Made by a program: the position numbers and the translations under genes. A stretch of 64,000 nucleotides of DNA from Elusimicrobiota bacterium (lineage in GTDB: Bacteria > Elusimicrobiota > Elusimicrobia > UBA1565 > UBA9628), in the NCBI GenBank assembly GCA_031423795.1, contig JANPGH010000114.1, positions 14,153 through 78,152 on the forward strand, given 5' to 3'. Below are positions 19,224-28,566 of the stretch, piece after piece; the first letter of the stretch is position 1; each line of letters starts with the position of its first letter. The notes beneath the pieces were generated by a model, which saw only the letters and a list, made by a program, of their open reading frames with translations, was not told the DNA's origin and did no database searches.

Positions 19224-20714
19224 ATGAATCAACTTGTGGAATGCGTACCCAATTTTTCGGAAGGTCGCGACAAGGCGAAGGTTCAGAAAATTGTCGACGC
19301 AGCTAAATCCGCCGGTGTGACGATTTTGGACGTGGAGACGGACGCAGATCACCACCGCTGCGTGCTGTCCTTTGTGGGAGCCCCGTCCGTGTGTGTGGAG
19401 GCGTGTGTTCGCGTTGCCAAGGCGTCTTGCGAGCTTATCGATCTGACGGGTCATAAAGGCGAGCATCCGCGCATGGGTGCTGTTGACGTCATCCCGTTTA
19501 TACCCGTCTCAGGCATCACCATCGAGGAGTGCGCGCGGCTGGCCGAGACGTGTGGTAAGCGCATCGGCGACGAACTCAAGATTCCTGTTTTTCTTTACGA
19601 TCATGCAGCGCGCCGGCCGGAGCGCAAAGATCTGGCGAACGTTCGGAAAGGGCAGTTCGAGGGATTGCGTGACTTGATCGGGAAAGACGAAAGTCGGCGA
19701 CCTGATTTCGGCCCTAATCTGATCCACCCCACGGCGGGCGCTGTCGCAGTCGGAGCGCGGCAGCAAATCGTCAATTTCAATTTGAATTTGGACACCAACG
19801 ACATGATTGTGGGCAAGGATATAGCCAAACGGCTGCGCGCGTCGGGAGGGGGCCTGCCCGCGGTACGGGCCAAGGAAATAGAGCTTGCTTCGCGTAAACA
19901 AGTGCAGATTTCGACCGTGCTGACCGATTACAAGAAGACCTCCATGAAAAAGGTTCTCGACACCGCAGCGAGACTCGCCGCTGAGCACCGCGCGGAAGTG
20001 AAATCCACCGAGATCGTGGGTCTATTGCCGAAGCAGTCCCTATTAGACTTCGCGCTCGAGACTTTGAACCTGGAAAATTTTTCGCCGGAGGTGCAAATTC
20101 TCGAAAACCGCCTGGAGGCGGTGGGCGCCACCAAGTCGATGGTCGGCTGGCACGAATCCGGACGTTTATTAGGAGAAGCCTTGGCCAATACCGACGCCAC
20201 TCCCGGAGGCGGATCGGCCGCGGCCATTTCGGCCGCGATGGGCTGCGGCCTCGGTCAGATGGCGATTGGAATCACTCTTAAATCGAAAAAACTGGACCCC
20301 ACTAAAAAACCGGAACTCCAGCGTGCGCATACGGCTTTGGGCGAGATGAGGGCGCGTTTTGATGTTCTCGCCGGCGACGACGCAACCGCTTTTGATCGGT
20401 TCATGGCGACGATGGGCCTGCCCAAGGAAGATACGTCGCGTCCGACTAAGATGCAGGAAGCACTCAAACACGCCGCGGATGTGCCGTTGACCACGGCTCA
20501 GCAGGCAGTCGGCGCTCTTGCCATGGCGAAGGCAGCGGCGCCCTTGGCTGGAGAAGCGGTTGCGTCCGACATTAATTGCGCGATCCATCTGCTGAAAGCG
20601 TCCGTTCTTTGCGCGGCCGAAAATGTCCGCATCAATCTCGGCGGCATCAAGGATGCGGCGGTGGTCAAGGATTTGGAAAACCGATTGACGAAGGCTTTGG
20701 CAGCGGTGAAATGA
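19224..20714 (+). CDS. ftcD: Bifunctional glutamate formimidoyltransferase / formimidoyltetrahydrofolate cyclodeaminase
   Basis: N-terminal MNQLVECVPNFSEGRDKAKVQKIVDAA...HHRCVLSFVG (formiminotransferase). C-terminal cyclodeaminase domain (TPGGGSAAAISAAMGCGLGQMA). Confidence 0.82.
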   Translation: MNQLVECVPNFSEGRDKAKVQKIVDAAKSAGVTILDVETDADHHRCVLSFVGAPSVCVEACVRVAKASCELIDLTGHKGEHPRMGAVDVIPFIPVSGITIEECARLAETCGKRIGDELKIPVFLYDHAARRPERKDLANVRKGQFEGLRDLIGKDESRRPDFGPNLIHPTAGAVAVGARQQIVNFNLNLDTNDMIVGKDIAKRLRASGGGLPAVRAKEIELASRKQVQISTVLTDYKKTSMKKVLDTAARLAAEHRAEVKSTEIVGLLPKQSLLDFALETLNLENFSPEVQILENRLEAVGATKSMVGWHESGRLLGEALANTDATPGGGSAAAISAAMGCGLGQMAIGITLKSKKLDPTKKPELQRAHTALGEMRARFDVLAGDDATAFDRFMATMGLPKEDTSRPTKMQEALKHAADVPLTTAQQAVGALAMAKAAAPLAGEAVASDINCAIHLLKASVLCAAENVRINLGGIKDAAVVKDLENRLTKALAAVK

Positions 20715-20736
20715 ACAGAGCTAGGATGGCGCGCCC

Positions 20737-21669
20737 TTAAAGGGCGATGATGAGCGCGCCGAAGATGATGAGCGCGCCGCCCAGCGCCTCAGGGGCACTC
20801 GGATAGACACCGAAAAAGGCCATGCTGACGATAACGGAGCACAGCGTTTCTCCGGGAGACATCAGCGCGATCCAGATCGGCGACACCAGGCGTGAAGCCA
20901 CTTGGCTCAAGGTATGGCCGATCAAGGTGGGTACGATGGCCAACACCGCCACGGCTGCGTAACCCTGCGGACCTGGCGCTATGAACGCATGCGCCTCCCG
21001 GGGCATGACGGCGGCGGCAAAAATCAGCGCTAAAAGCGTCGCAGAGGCGTAAATCATCGCGGCCAAGGATAGATCACGTTGCGTTTGGGTCAGCGAGCTG
21101 GTCGCGGCATCGGCGTCGGCTTTGAGGTCGCGATTGACCGCGTAATAAAGCGCGTAGACGATCACGGCGGCCACGGCCAAAGCATCGCCGTACCAGCTAT
21201 GGCGCGCACCTAACGTCGGGGCGTCCGCAGTAACAGCGCGGCTGCCAAAGCCCACGCAGAGAGCTCCCGCAATCGCCACGGTGATTCCGCCCAGCTGGCG
21301 GGGCGTCGGGCGGATGCCGAAGAAAATGAAACCGGCCAGGACGATTGCCACCGGCTCGAGAGCGACCAGCGTCACCGCAGCGGGAAGTGTGGTGTAGGCA
21401 ACACCTCCGACAAACAACAGGAAATGAAGGCCGAGCAATGCTCCCGCCAGGACCGCTTTGCGGCGTCCGCTCCATGACAGCGACGTCCAGAATGTCGTGA
21501 TGCGGCCGCGCAGGAACAGCGCGAGAATAAGCGCCGCTCCGCCGCAGCGACCCGCGACGACGAGCGAGACCGGAAGTTCCCGTAGTGCCACCGCGCAAGC
21601 GGGACTACCGCTGCCCCAGGCCAGGGAGGTCAATAAAGCAATGAGCCAAGGCTCGCGGGTCAAACGCAT
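20737..21669 (-). CDS. DMT-superfamily (EamA-like) transporter
   Basis: ~10 TM helices, two EamA-like halves, 310 aa. Confidence 0.7.
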   Translation of the reverse strand: MRLTREPWLIALLTSLAWGSGSPACAVALRELPVSLVVAGRCGGAALILALFLRGRITTFWTSLSWSGRRKAVLAGALLGLHFLLFVGGVAYTTLPAAVTLVALEPVAIVLAGFIFFGIRPTPRQLGGITVAIAGALCVGFGSRAVTADAPTLGARHSWYGDALAVAAVIVYALYYAVNRDLKADADAATSSLTQTQRDLSLAAMIYASATLLALIFAAAVMPREAHAFIAPGPQGYAAVAVLAIVPTLIGHTLSQVASRLVSPIWIALMSPGETLCSVIVSMAFFGVYPSAPEALGGALIIFGALIIAL

Positions 21670-21678
21670 GGAAAGGGA

Positions 21679-23472
21679 TTAAGTCGAGACTTTAGAGCGC
21701 AGGCGATTTTTGAGCGCCTCGAACTGATCCCATAAGGCCTTCGGCAGGCGCGATCCGAATTGGTCGAAGAATTTCTTGACGCCGTCAAGTTCGGCGGTCC
21801 ATTCGTCGGCCTTGACGGAGAGAAGCTTGTCCATGACGCCGGAGGGGAGATCCAAGCCCTTAAGATCGAGCGCGTCCAGTGTGGGAAGGTGGCCGATGGG
21901 CGTCATCTCGGCTTTTCCCTCGCCGCGGGTGCGGGCCAGGATCCATTCCAAGACGCGCAGGTTTTCGCCGTAGCCGGGCCACAGGAATTTTCCTTTTTCG
22001 TCCTTGCGGAACCAATTGACGTGAAAAATCTTCGGTGGTTTGGAGGCCCGACGTCCCATCTCGATCCAATGGCCGAAGTAATCGCCCATGTTGTAGCCGC
22101 AGAAGGGGAGCATCGCCATTGGGTCGCGGCGCACCTCGCCGACCGCGCCCATCGCCGCGGCGGTGCGTTCCGAGGCGACGGTCGCGCCTAAATAAACGCC
22201 ATGGTTCCAGTCTAATGATTCGAACACCAAGGGGGCCAGGCGTTCCCGGCGGCCGCCGAAAATGATCGCGGAAATGGGAACGCCCTTGGGGTCTTCCCAT
22301 TTCGGGGAGATGGAGGGACATTGTTTGGCTGGGGCGGTGAAACGACTGTTCGGATGGGCGGCGAGCAGAGGCTTGCCGTCCTTGTCCTTGAGCCCGGGCT
22401 TCCAGGGTTTGCCGTCCCAAGACGTTCCGGAAGCAGGTGGCGCGCCTTCGCCATCCTCCCACCACACCGACAGGTCGTCGCCCAGAAGAACGTTGGTGAA
22501 AATCGTGTTTTTGGCGATGGTTTTGATCGCCGTGGGGTTGCTCTTTGAATTTGTGCCCGGGGCCACGCCAAAGAAACCCGCTTCGGGATTGCACGCCCAC
22601 AGCCGCCCGTCGTCGCCCACGCGCAGCCAGGCGATGTCGTCGCCGACCGTCCAAACCTTGTAGCCCTTCGCCTTTAGGCCTTCCGGGGGGATCAACATCG
22701 CCAAATTGGTTTTGCCGCAGGCCGACGGGAAGGCGGCGGTCACATACTCGATCTTGCCATCCGGATGCTCAATGCCCAAAATCAGCATGTGCTCGGCCAG
22801 CCAGCCTTCTTGTTTGGCTTTCCAAGAGGCGATGCGCAACGCCAGGCATTTCTTGCCCAGCAAAGCGTTGCCGCCGTAAGCCGATCCTACTGACCAAATG
22901 GTGTTGTCTTCGGGGAAATGCAAGATCATGCGATGTTCGACGGCGACGTCTGCGCGCGAATGCAGGCATTTGGTGAATTGGCCGTCAGTGCCGATGGCGT
23001 CCAAAACGGGCTGGCCGACGCGCGCCATGATGCGCATGTTGATGGCCACATATATGGAATCGGTGAGCTCCACGCCGATTTTAGAGAACGGGGAGCCGAT
23101 CGGCCCCATGGAAAAAGGAATGACGAAAAGTGTGCGGCCCTTCATGGAGCCCTTGAAAAGTTCCTGGGCCTTGGAATAGCCTTCCTCAGGCGACATCCAG
23201 TTGTTGGTCGGACCGGCGTCTTCCTTATTTTTCGTGCAGATATACGTCAAATGTTCGGTTCGGGCAACATCGTTGGTGTTGGACCGGCTATAGAAGGAGC
23301 CGGGATGCTTTTCGGGGTCCAGCGGGATCAGGAATCCGCGAGCGACCGCGCGCTTCTCAAGGCGAATGCGCTCTTCGTCGCAGCCGTCCATCCAGTAAAC
23401 TTGATCGGGCTCGCAGGTCTTGGCGACCTCGTCGACCCATGCCTTCAATTTTTCATGGCGGCAGTTGGTCAT
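21679..23472 (-). CDS. pckG: Phosphoenolpyruvate carboxykinase (GTP)
   Basis: FPSACGKTNLAML kinase-1a motif, YGGNALLGKKCLALRIAS, GDDIAWL. 597 aa. Confidence 0.92.
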   Translation of the reverse strand: MTNCRHEKLKAWVDEVAKTCEPDQVYWMDGCDEERIRLEKRAVARGFLIPLDPEKHPGSFYSRSNTNDVARTEHLTYICTKNKEDAGPTNNWMSPEEGYSKAQELFKGSMKGRTLFVIPFSMGPIGSPFSKIGVELTDSIYVAINMRIMARVGQPVLDAIGTDGQFTKCLHSRADVAVEHRMILHFPEDNTIWSVGSAYGGNALLGKKCLALRIASWKAKQEGWLAEHMLILGIEHPDGKIEYVTAAFPSACGKTNLAMLIPPEGLKAKGYKVWTVGDDIAWLRVGDDGRLWACNPEAGFFGVAPGTNSKSNPTAIKTIAKNTIFTNVLLGDDLSVWWEDGEGAPPASGTSWDGKPWKPGLKDKDGKPLLAAHPNSRFTAPAKQCPSISPKWEDPKGVPISAIIFGGRRERLAPLVFESLDWNHGVYLGATVASERTAAAMGAVGEVRRDPMAMLPFCGYNMGDYFGHWIEMGRRASKPPKIFHVNWFRKDEKGKFLWPGYGENLRVLEWILARTRGEGKAEMTPIGHLPTLDALDLKGLDLPSGVMDKLLSVKADEWTAELDGVKKFFDQFGSRLPKALWDQFEALKNRLRSKVST

Positions 23473-23537
23473 CGCCTCTATTCTACCAACACGCCCCCCA
23501 GTAGGTGTTGATGAGAATCAATTTCTGAGGCTTCAAA

Positions 23538-24587
23538 TTATGGGGCTTTCAGACGCCGGCGCACCAGGGATGCGCGCAGGGTGTCGCGGTCTCGTGCGGA
23601 GAGGACTTTCTGTGCGAGTAGGTCTAAATGCGCGGGCTGCGTGGTTAGGGTCAATTCATTCAGAAGCGCCAAGTCGGCCGGCAATTTCCAGCCCAAAGCC
23701 AACCCCAGGCGCAATCGTGAAAGATGTTGCTGTCCCTCCTCGAAGGCGAGCAGACGCGCATGAGTGAGTAGCCCAAGCGAACGGTGCACCTCATCTTCGA
23801 GCTTCGTTTTACCCGATCCTGTCGACAGCGCCTCGCGCGCCTCTTTTTCGCGCGAGACCACAGCGGCGACCGAGCGCTCCAGTGCCGCCAGAATTTCGCC
23901 TTCGGTGCGGCCAAACCCCGTCGCGTTCGAGAGTTGGAAAAAGTCGCCGATCACGCGCGTGCCCTCGCCGTACAGCCCGCGCGCGACCAGGCCCGCGCGA
24001 GTCAGACCGTCCATCAGGCGTCCGATCGTGCCCGTGAGCGTTAGTCCGGGGAGATGGACCAAGCAAGAGGCGCGCATTCCCGTGCCGAGGTTCGTCGGAC
24101 AGGCGGTTAGGTAACCCAGGTCGTCGCGAAAAGCGAAATCCAGGCCCGCCGATAGCCCGTCGTCGAGACGGTCGACGGCCGCGTGAGCGTCGCGCAGGCG
24201 TAGTCCGGGGAGAAGGGCCGCCAGGCGGAGGTGATCTTCTTCGTTGACCATGGCCACGAGCGATTCACGTTCTCCGACGATGACCGCACGGGATGCGGGA
24301 TGCTCAGCTAATCCCGGACTGATCAAGTGCCGCTCGACCAAGAATTGACGGTCTGTGTCGTCAAGGTCGGCCAGCTTGAAAAACGCGGAATCCTTGAGAC
24401 CGGCCGAACGCGCAGCCGCAAAAACCGTGTCCAGCACGCGCTTGAGTCCCGCGGCGGCGAGGTGGGAGGGGAAGGGCATGCGCAAATTACGCGCCAGGCG
24501 CACGCGCGTGCTGAGAACGACGGCATGCTCAGGTCCCTCGGCTTCCGCCCAGCCGGTGCGAAAGCGCAACATGGTCTGCAGCTGCAT
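23538..24587 (-). CDS. mcsB: Protein-arginine kinase (McsB; ATP:guanido phosphotransferase family)
   Basis: Phosphagen-kinase signature CPTNLGTGMRASCLVHLPGL. N-terminus MQLQTMLRFRTGW.... Start taken at the MQLQ Met, 5 nt downstream of the mcsA stop. Confidence 0.8.
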   Translation of the reverse strand: MQLQTMLRFRTGWAEAEGPEHAVVLSTRVRLARNLRMPFPSHLAAAGLKRVLDTVFAAARSAGLKDSAFFKLADLDDTDRQFLVERHLISPGLAEHPASRAVIVGERESLVAMVNEEDHLRLAALLPGLRLRDAHAAVDRLDDGLSAGLDFAFRDDLGYLTACPTNLGTGMRASCLVHLPGLTLTGTIGRLMDGLTRAGLVARGLYGEGTRVIGDFFQLSNATGFGRTEGEILAALERSVAAVVSREKEAREALSTGSGKTKLEDEVHRSLGLLTHARLLAFEEGQQHLSRLRLGLALGWKLPADLALLNELTLTTQPAHLDLLAQKVLSARDRDTLRASLVRRRLKAP

Positions 24588-24592
24588 GGACT

Positions 24593-24937
24593 TTAACGCC
24601 TCCCTGGGGTTTTGCCCCGGTGTTGATAGGCGCCCGCGTGGACCCGGGGCAAAAGGTCCTTCACTTGTCCGGCGAAATGCTCGTAGCATTGCGGGCAGCC
24701 GAATCGGCCGCTTTGTTTGAACTCAGTGAATGAAGTCCGACAACCAGGGCAACGTCCGGAATGGACTCGTGCCCGAGAGGTCAAGCCCGCGAGGGCGGAC
24801 ATCAATGCGTCGACGCCGCCCGCCGGCTCGAGGTGCGAAGCACAGGTCGAGCACAGCGCGGTTTTCTGGACCTTATTGTTGGAAACCGTCTGTATCAGGA
24901 CCGTCGCTTCGCGTTGGCCGCAGGATTGGCAAATCAT
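24593..24937 (-). CDS. mcsA: McsA-like activator of the protein-arginine kinase (zinc-finger plus UVR-like)
   Basis: MICQSCGQREATV...CSTCA...CPGCRTSFTEFKQSGRFGCPQCYEHF, four Cys pairs. Immediately upstream of mcsB. Start set at MICQ; the ORF-track extension would overlap the divergent FAH gene. Confidence 0.65.
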   Translation of the reverse strand: MICQSCGQREATVLIQTVSNNKVQKTALCSTCASHLEPAGGVDALMSALAGLTSRARVHSGRCPGCRTSFTEFKQSGRFGCPQCYEHFAGQVKDLLPRVHAGAYQHRGKTPGRR

Positions 24938-24972
24938 CGAGTTGATTATACGAATGGTATGATTACGTTTAC

Positions 24973-25572
24973 ATGAGACTCCCGGGTCTTGATTTGCCTT
25001 TGGGCACCCTGTGGTGCGTCGGCCGCAACTACGCCGAGCACGCGCGCGAACTGGGCCACGAGACGCCGACCTCGCCGGTGATTTTCCTGAAGCCGGCCTC
25101 TTCGGTGATTTTTTCCGGCGGGAATTTGCGCCTGCCGCCGGACTCAAAGCGCGTCGATCATGAAGTCGAACTGATCGTCGCGCGCACCATCGACGGGTCT
25201 CTGCGCATGGCCGTCGGCGTCGATTTCACCGCGCGCGATATCCAAGACGATTTGAAGCGCAAGGGGCTGCCGTGGACGCTCGCCAAGGGCCGACCCGGGT
25301 TCGCCGCGATCGGGCCTTTCGTGCCGGCCGTTCTGCCCACTCATCTCACGTTGTCGGTCAATGGGACCGTCCGCCAAAAAAGCTCGACAGTGGAGATGAT
25401 CTTTTCCGTGCCCGAAATTTTCTCCTATTTGGACGAGACCTACGGCCCAGCCGCGGGCGACATCGTTTTCACCGGAACCCCGGCCGGCGTCGGGCCGGTC
25501 GTCGCCGGCGAGTCCATCGAGGCGATGTTGGGTGAAGGCGCCTCGCGCCTGACGTTGACGGTCGGCGGCTAA
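24973..25572 (+). CDS. Fumarylacetoacetate hydrolase (FAH)-family protein
   Basis: LWCVGRNYAEHARELG...VIFLKPASS...VDHEVELIVA; FAH-domain motifs. Confidence 0.8.
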   Translation: MRLPGLDLPLGTLWCVGRNYAEHARELGHETPTSPVIFLKPASSVIFSGGNLRLPPDSKRVDHEVELIVARTIDGSLRMAVGVDFTARDIQDDLKRKGLPWTLAKGRPGFAAIGPFVPAVLPTHLTLSVNGTVRQKSSTVEMIFSVPEIFSYLDETYGPAAGDIVFTGTPAGVGPVVAGESIEAMLGEGASRLTLTVGG

Positions 25573-25610
25573 CCCTTGACGCCGGCTCGCGCGGCCATTA
25601 AGATCAACCC

Positions 25611-26882
25611 ATGATACACGGACTCGCCGTCGCCTTCTTCTTCGTCGGAGTAAAAAGCGCATACGCGGGACAATTGCACGTCGAAACTTACGGATTCGCT
25701 GAAGTGGCGCGGGTGACGGGCTTCGCGTTGGCGGCGACCGTGTTGGCGGTCGACGCGGCCAAGCATTCGATCAAGATCATCGTCCGCAAGATCTGGGTCG
25801 CGCCGAAGAAAGAGGCGGACGAATACCGGGTCGGCGACACCTACGACGTACCGCTATACCAAGGAGTCGTTTGGACGAATCCGAATAAATCCCCGATTGA
25901 ACGTCGGCTCCTTGGTTTTCTGTCGTTAGAGGATATAAAGCCCGGAAAGTACGTGATCGTCGCCGGAAATCCGCCCGAAGCGGTGGCCGACAACCCTACG
26001 AATCGCCGGAAGGCCGACATCCTGATCGGCGCCGCGGAAGACTATGCGAAGGCCGCTTCGGATAAAGAACTCGCGTTCGATCTCCACGACGAAGATTTAA
26101 TGCAGGTGGCTTATGACGCGCTCAAAGCGCGCGGACGCCTCGAGGCGCGGTTGATCGTTGAAAACGGAAACAAGGCGACGCGGGCGATCTTGATCAATCA
26201 CCATTTGCTGCAGCTCACGCCGGCCGAAACGGGCCAGTTCCTGGCCGCCGCGCACCCGTTATTTGCGAACGGCGGTAACCGTCCGTCGCTGCATGACCTG
26301 ATTTATACCCTTTCGAATAGAATGGACACGACTTTCCTCGCGGAAATGGGGGAATTGACCGACCTCCTCGACCCAAACATCCCGGACGACCTTGGAAGCG
26401 CTGCGAACGCGTTTTCAGGCCTCAGCCGGCTCTTCAAGACGCGGACAGTGGCCGTTCCCGGTACCGAGAGATTTTCCGAGGCGTTCATCTGTTATCACGC
26501 GACGCACCCCCCTTATGTCCAACCTGAGGAAATTCCTCTTTTCATCGCGCACCTGCCCGAAGCGGCGAAAATGGATTTTTACAAGAAAATGCTGGCCTCC
26601 GTCTTCGCGCGCACCCATAAACCGCTGGCCAAGGGCGACATGTTCGATCAACGGTTTCTCAAGGTCGTTTGCGACGCCGTCGAAGCGGTGCCCGCACGCG
26701 AGGCGGTAGAGCTGCTCAAGCTCGTCGACATCGATGCAGTGAGCGTTATATCGGACAAGCGCGTCGCCGCCGAGACGGCCGCGCGCATGGCCAAGGCGAT
26801 CGTCGGCAAATATCCGGATGAGGCCGCGAACGTCGCCGCGGTCGTGGGTCCCATCCTGGCCAAAGTCCCGCGCAACCCCTAA
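25611..26882 (+). CDS. Hypothetical secreted protein
   Basis: N-terminal hydrophobic signal (MIHGLAVAFFFVGVKSAYAG). 423 aa, no recognisable motif. Confidence 0.5.
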   Translation: MIHGLAVAFFFVGVKSAYAGQLHVETYGFAEVARVTGFALAATVLAVDAAKHSIKIIVRKIWVAPKKEADEYRVGDTYDVPLYQGVVWTNPNKSPIERRLLGFLSLEDIKPGKYVIVAGNPPEAVADNPTNRRKADILIGAAEDYAKAASDKELAFDLHDEDLMQVAYDALKARGRLEARLIVENGNKATRAILINHHLLQLTPAETGQFLAAAHPLFANGGNRPSLHDLIYTLSNRMDTTFLAEMGELTDLLDPNIPDDLGSAANAFSGLSRLFKTRTVAVPGTERFSEAFICYHATHPPYVQPEEIPLFIAHLPEAAKMDFYKKMLASVFARTHKPLAKGDMFDQRFLKVVCDAVEAVPAREAVELLKLVDIDAVSVISDKRVAAETAARMAKAIVGKYPDEAANVAAVVGPILAKVPRNP

Positions 26883-27646
26883 TTCAGTTCGATGCCGACC
26901 GGACAGTGGTCGGAGCCCATAACTGCCGGCTCGATGAACGCCTTCTTCAGCCGCGGCCGCAGGTTTTCGCTGATGAAAAAATAGTCGATGCGCCAGCCGA
27001 CGTTGCGATCGCGGGCGCGCGAAACCTGGTCCCACCAGGAGTAGTGCTCGGGGCCTTTCTCGAATTCACGGAAGGTATCGATGAAGCCACCGGCGAGCAG
27101 GCGGTCCATCCACGCACACTCTTCGGGTAGGAAGCCGGAGATTTTGCGGTTTTCTTTAGGACGGGCCAAGTCGATGTCCTTGTGGGCGGTGTTCACGTCG
27201 CCGCAAATGACGATTTTATCGTCGCCACGCTTGCGGTAGCGGGGGATGACGTCGCCGAGGAACGCCTCGTAAAAATCCATCTTGAACTTGAGTCGGATGT
27301 CGTCGCGTTTGCCGTTGGGAAAGTAGATGTTGAACAGCGTGATGTCGCCGTGCTTGGTCGCCAGGACCCGGCCCTCGTTGTCGAAGTCGGGGAGGGTGAA
27401 GCCGCGCTCGACCTTCGTCGGGGCGGTTTTGGAGAAGGTCGCCACACCGGAATAGCCTTTCTTTGCGCCCCAATGCCATTCACCGTGATAGCCGAGCGGA
27501 TGGATGACGTCCGGCGTCAATTGCTCAGGCCAGGCCTTGGTCTCTTGGAGGCAGACGACGTCGGCCTTTTCGGCCTTAAACCAATCGCCAAATCCTTTTT
27601 TCCAGACGGCTCGCACGCCGTTGACGTTCCAGGAAACGAGCTTCAT
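26879..27646 (-). CDS. xth: Exodeoxyribonuclease III
   Basis: MKLVSWNVNGVRA...VVCLQETK...GDFN-like core, WIDYFF-like C-terminus (WRIDYFFIS). Confidence 0.9.
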   Translation of the reverse strand: MKLVSWNVNGVRAVWKKGFGDWFKAEKADVVCLQETKAWPEQLTPDVIHPLGYHGEWHWGAKKGYSGVATFSKTAPTKVERGFTLPDFDNEGRVLATKHGDITLFNIYFPNGKRDDIRLKFKMDFYEAFLGDVIPRYRKRGDDKIVICGDVNTAHKDIDLARPKENRKISGFLPEECAWMDRLLAGGFIDTFREFEKGPEHYSWWDQVSRARDRNVGWRIDYFFISENLRPRLKKAFIEPAVMGSDHCPVGIELN

Positions 27647-27653
27647 CGCAAGC

Positions 27654-28547
27654 CTACTTCGACTTGACGGCCTCGTACACCGGCGTTCCGGTCGAGTTCG
27701 CGTATTCGCGGAAGTGTTTGATCAGCTGCCGGGTCATGGGTCCGGCTACGCCTTTGCCGATCACGCGGCCGTCGATCTTGACTCCGGCGATGACCTCGGC
27801 GCCCGTTCCGGTCAGGAAAACTTCGTCGGCCGCGTAAAGGTCGTAGCGCGGGAAATTGCGCTCGATGACCTTGATGCCGAGCTTTTCCTGGGCCAGCTCC
27901 ATCACGACGGAGCGGGTGACGCCGGCGAGGATTCCGGCGGAGGTCGGAGGAGTGAAAATCTTGCCGTCCTTGATGAAGAAGATGTTGTCGCCGGAGCATT
28001 CCGAGACATGTCCGGTTGCGTTCAATAAAATGGCTTCTTGGGCTCCGGCCGCTGTGGCTTCCGCGCGCGCCAAAATGTTGGCGAGATAGTTCAGCGACTT
28101 GACCCCGGGGGTGACTTGATCCAGGCCCTTTTGGCGGATCGACGAGGTGACCAGCGTCAGGCCCTTGTCGTAGTACTCCTCGGGATACAATTCGATCTTG
28201 TCGGCGATGATGAAAAGGGTGGCGCCTTGCTTGCATTTGCGCATATCCAGGCCCAGGTCTCCGACCCCGCGGGTGACGACCAGCCGGATGTAGGCATCCT
28301 TGAGATTGTTCAGGCGCACCGATTCGACGACGGCCTTTTTGATCTCCTCGATGGAGTTGGGAAGTTTGAGCAGGATGGCGCGCGCCGACTCCTCTAAGCG
28401 TTGGAGGTGGTCGTCCAAACGGAAAATCCGGCCATTGTAGGCGCGGATGCCCTCGAAAATTCCATCGCCATAGAGTACCCCGTGGTCGAAAACGGAGATT
28501 TTGGCGTCTTCTTTTTCGCAGAACTTTCCATCCAGATAGATCTTCAT
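27654..28547 (-). CDS. ilvE: Branched-chain amino acid aminotransferase (class IV PLP enzyme)
   Basis: VFDHGVLYGDGIFEGIRAY...; TEVTGTGAE-like motif (FLTGTGAEV). Confidence 0.88.
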   Translation of the reverse strand: MKIYLDGKFCEKEDAKISVFDHGVLYGDGIFEGIRAYNGRIFRLDDHLQRLEESARAILLKLPNSIEEIKKAVVESVRLNNLKDAYIRLVVTRGVGDLGLDMRKCKQGATLFIIADKIELYPEEYYDKGLTLVTSSIRQKGLDQVTPGVKSLNYLANILARAEATAAGAQEAILLNATGHVSECSGDNIFFIKDGKIFTPPTSAGILAGVTRSVVMELAQEKLGIKVIERNFPRYDLYAADEVFLTGTGAEVIAGVKIDGRVIGKGVAGPMTRQLIKHFREYANSTGTPVYEAVKSK

Positions 28548-28566
28548 TCGAGTGAGAATATCAAAT

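Noticed and set aside
20715-20760. GC-rich palindromes (GGCGCGCCCTTAAAGGGCG...) after ftcD, considered as a bidirectional terminator
   Set aside because: They overlap the 3' end of the convergent EamA gene, and no T-run follows. They cannot be distinguished from coding-sequence palindromes without transcript data.
21860-22654. 264-aa Arg/Pro-rich ORF antisense to pckG, and similar ORFs antisense to ilvE, xth and the transporter genes
   Set aside because: Low-complexity Arg/Pro/Gly composition. They fall fully inside well-supported conserved genes. No start context.
24938-25147. ORF-track N-terminal extension of mcsA (Arg/Lys-rich 70 aa)
   Set aside because: The extension overlaps the divergent FAH gene, and conserved McsA homology begins at the MICQSCG Met. 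The extension is probably non-coding.
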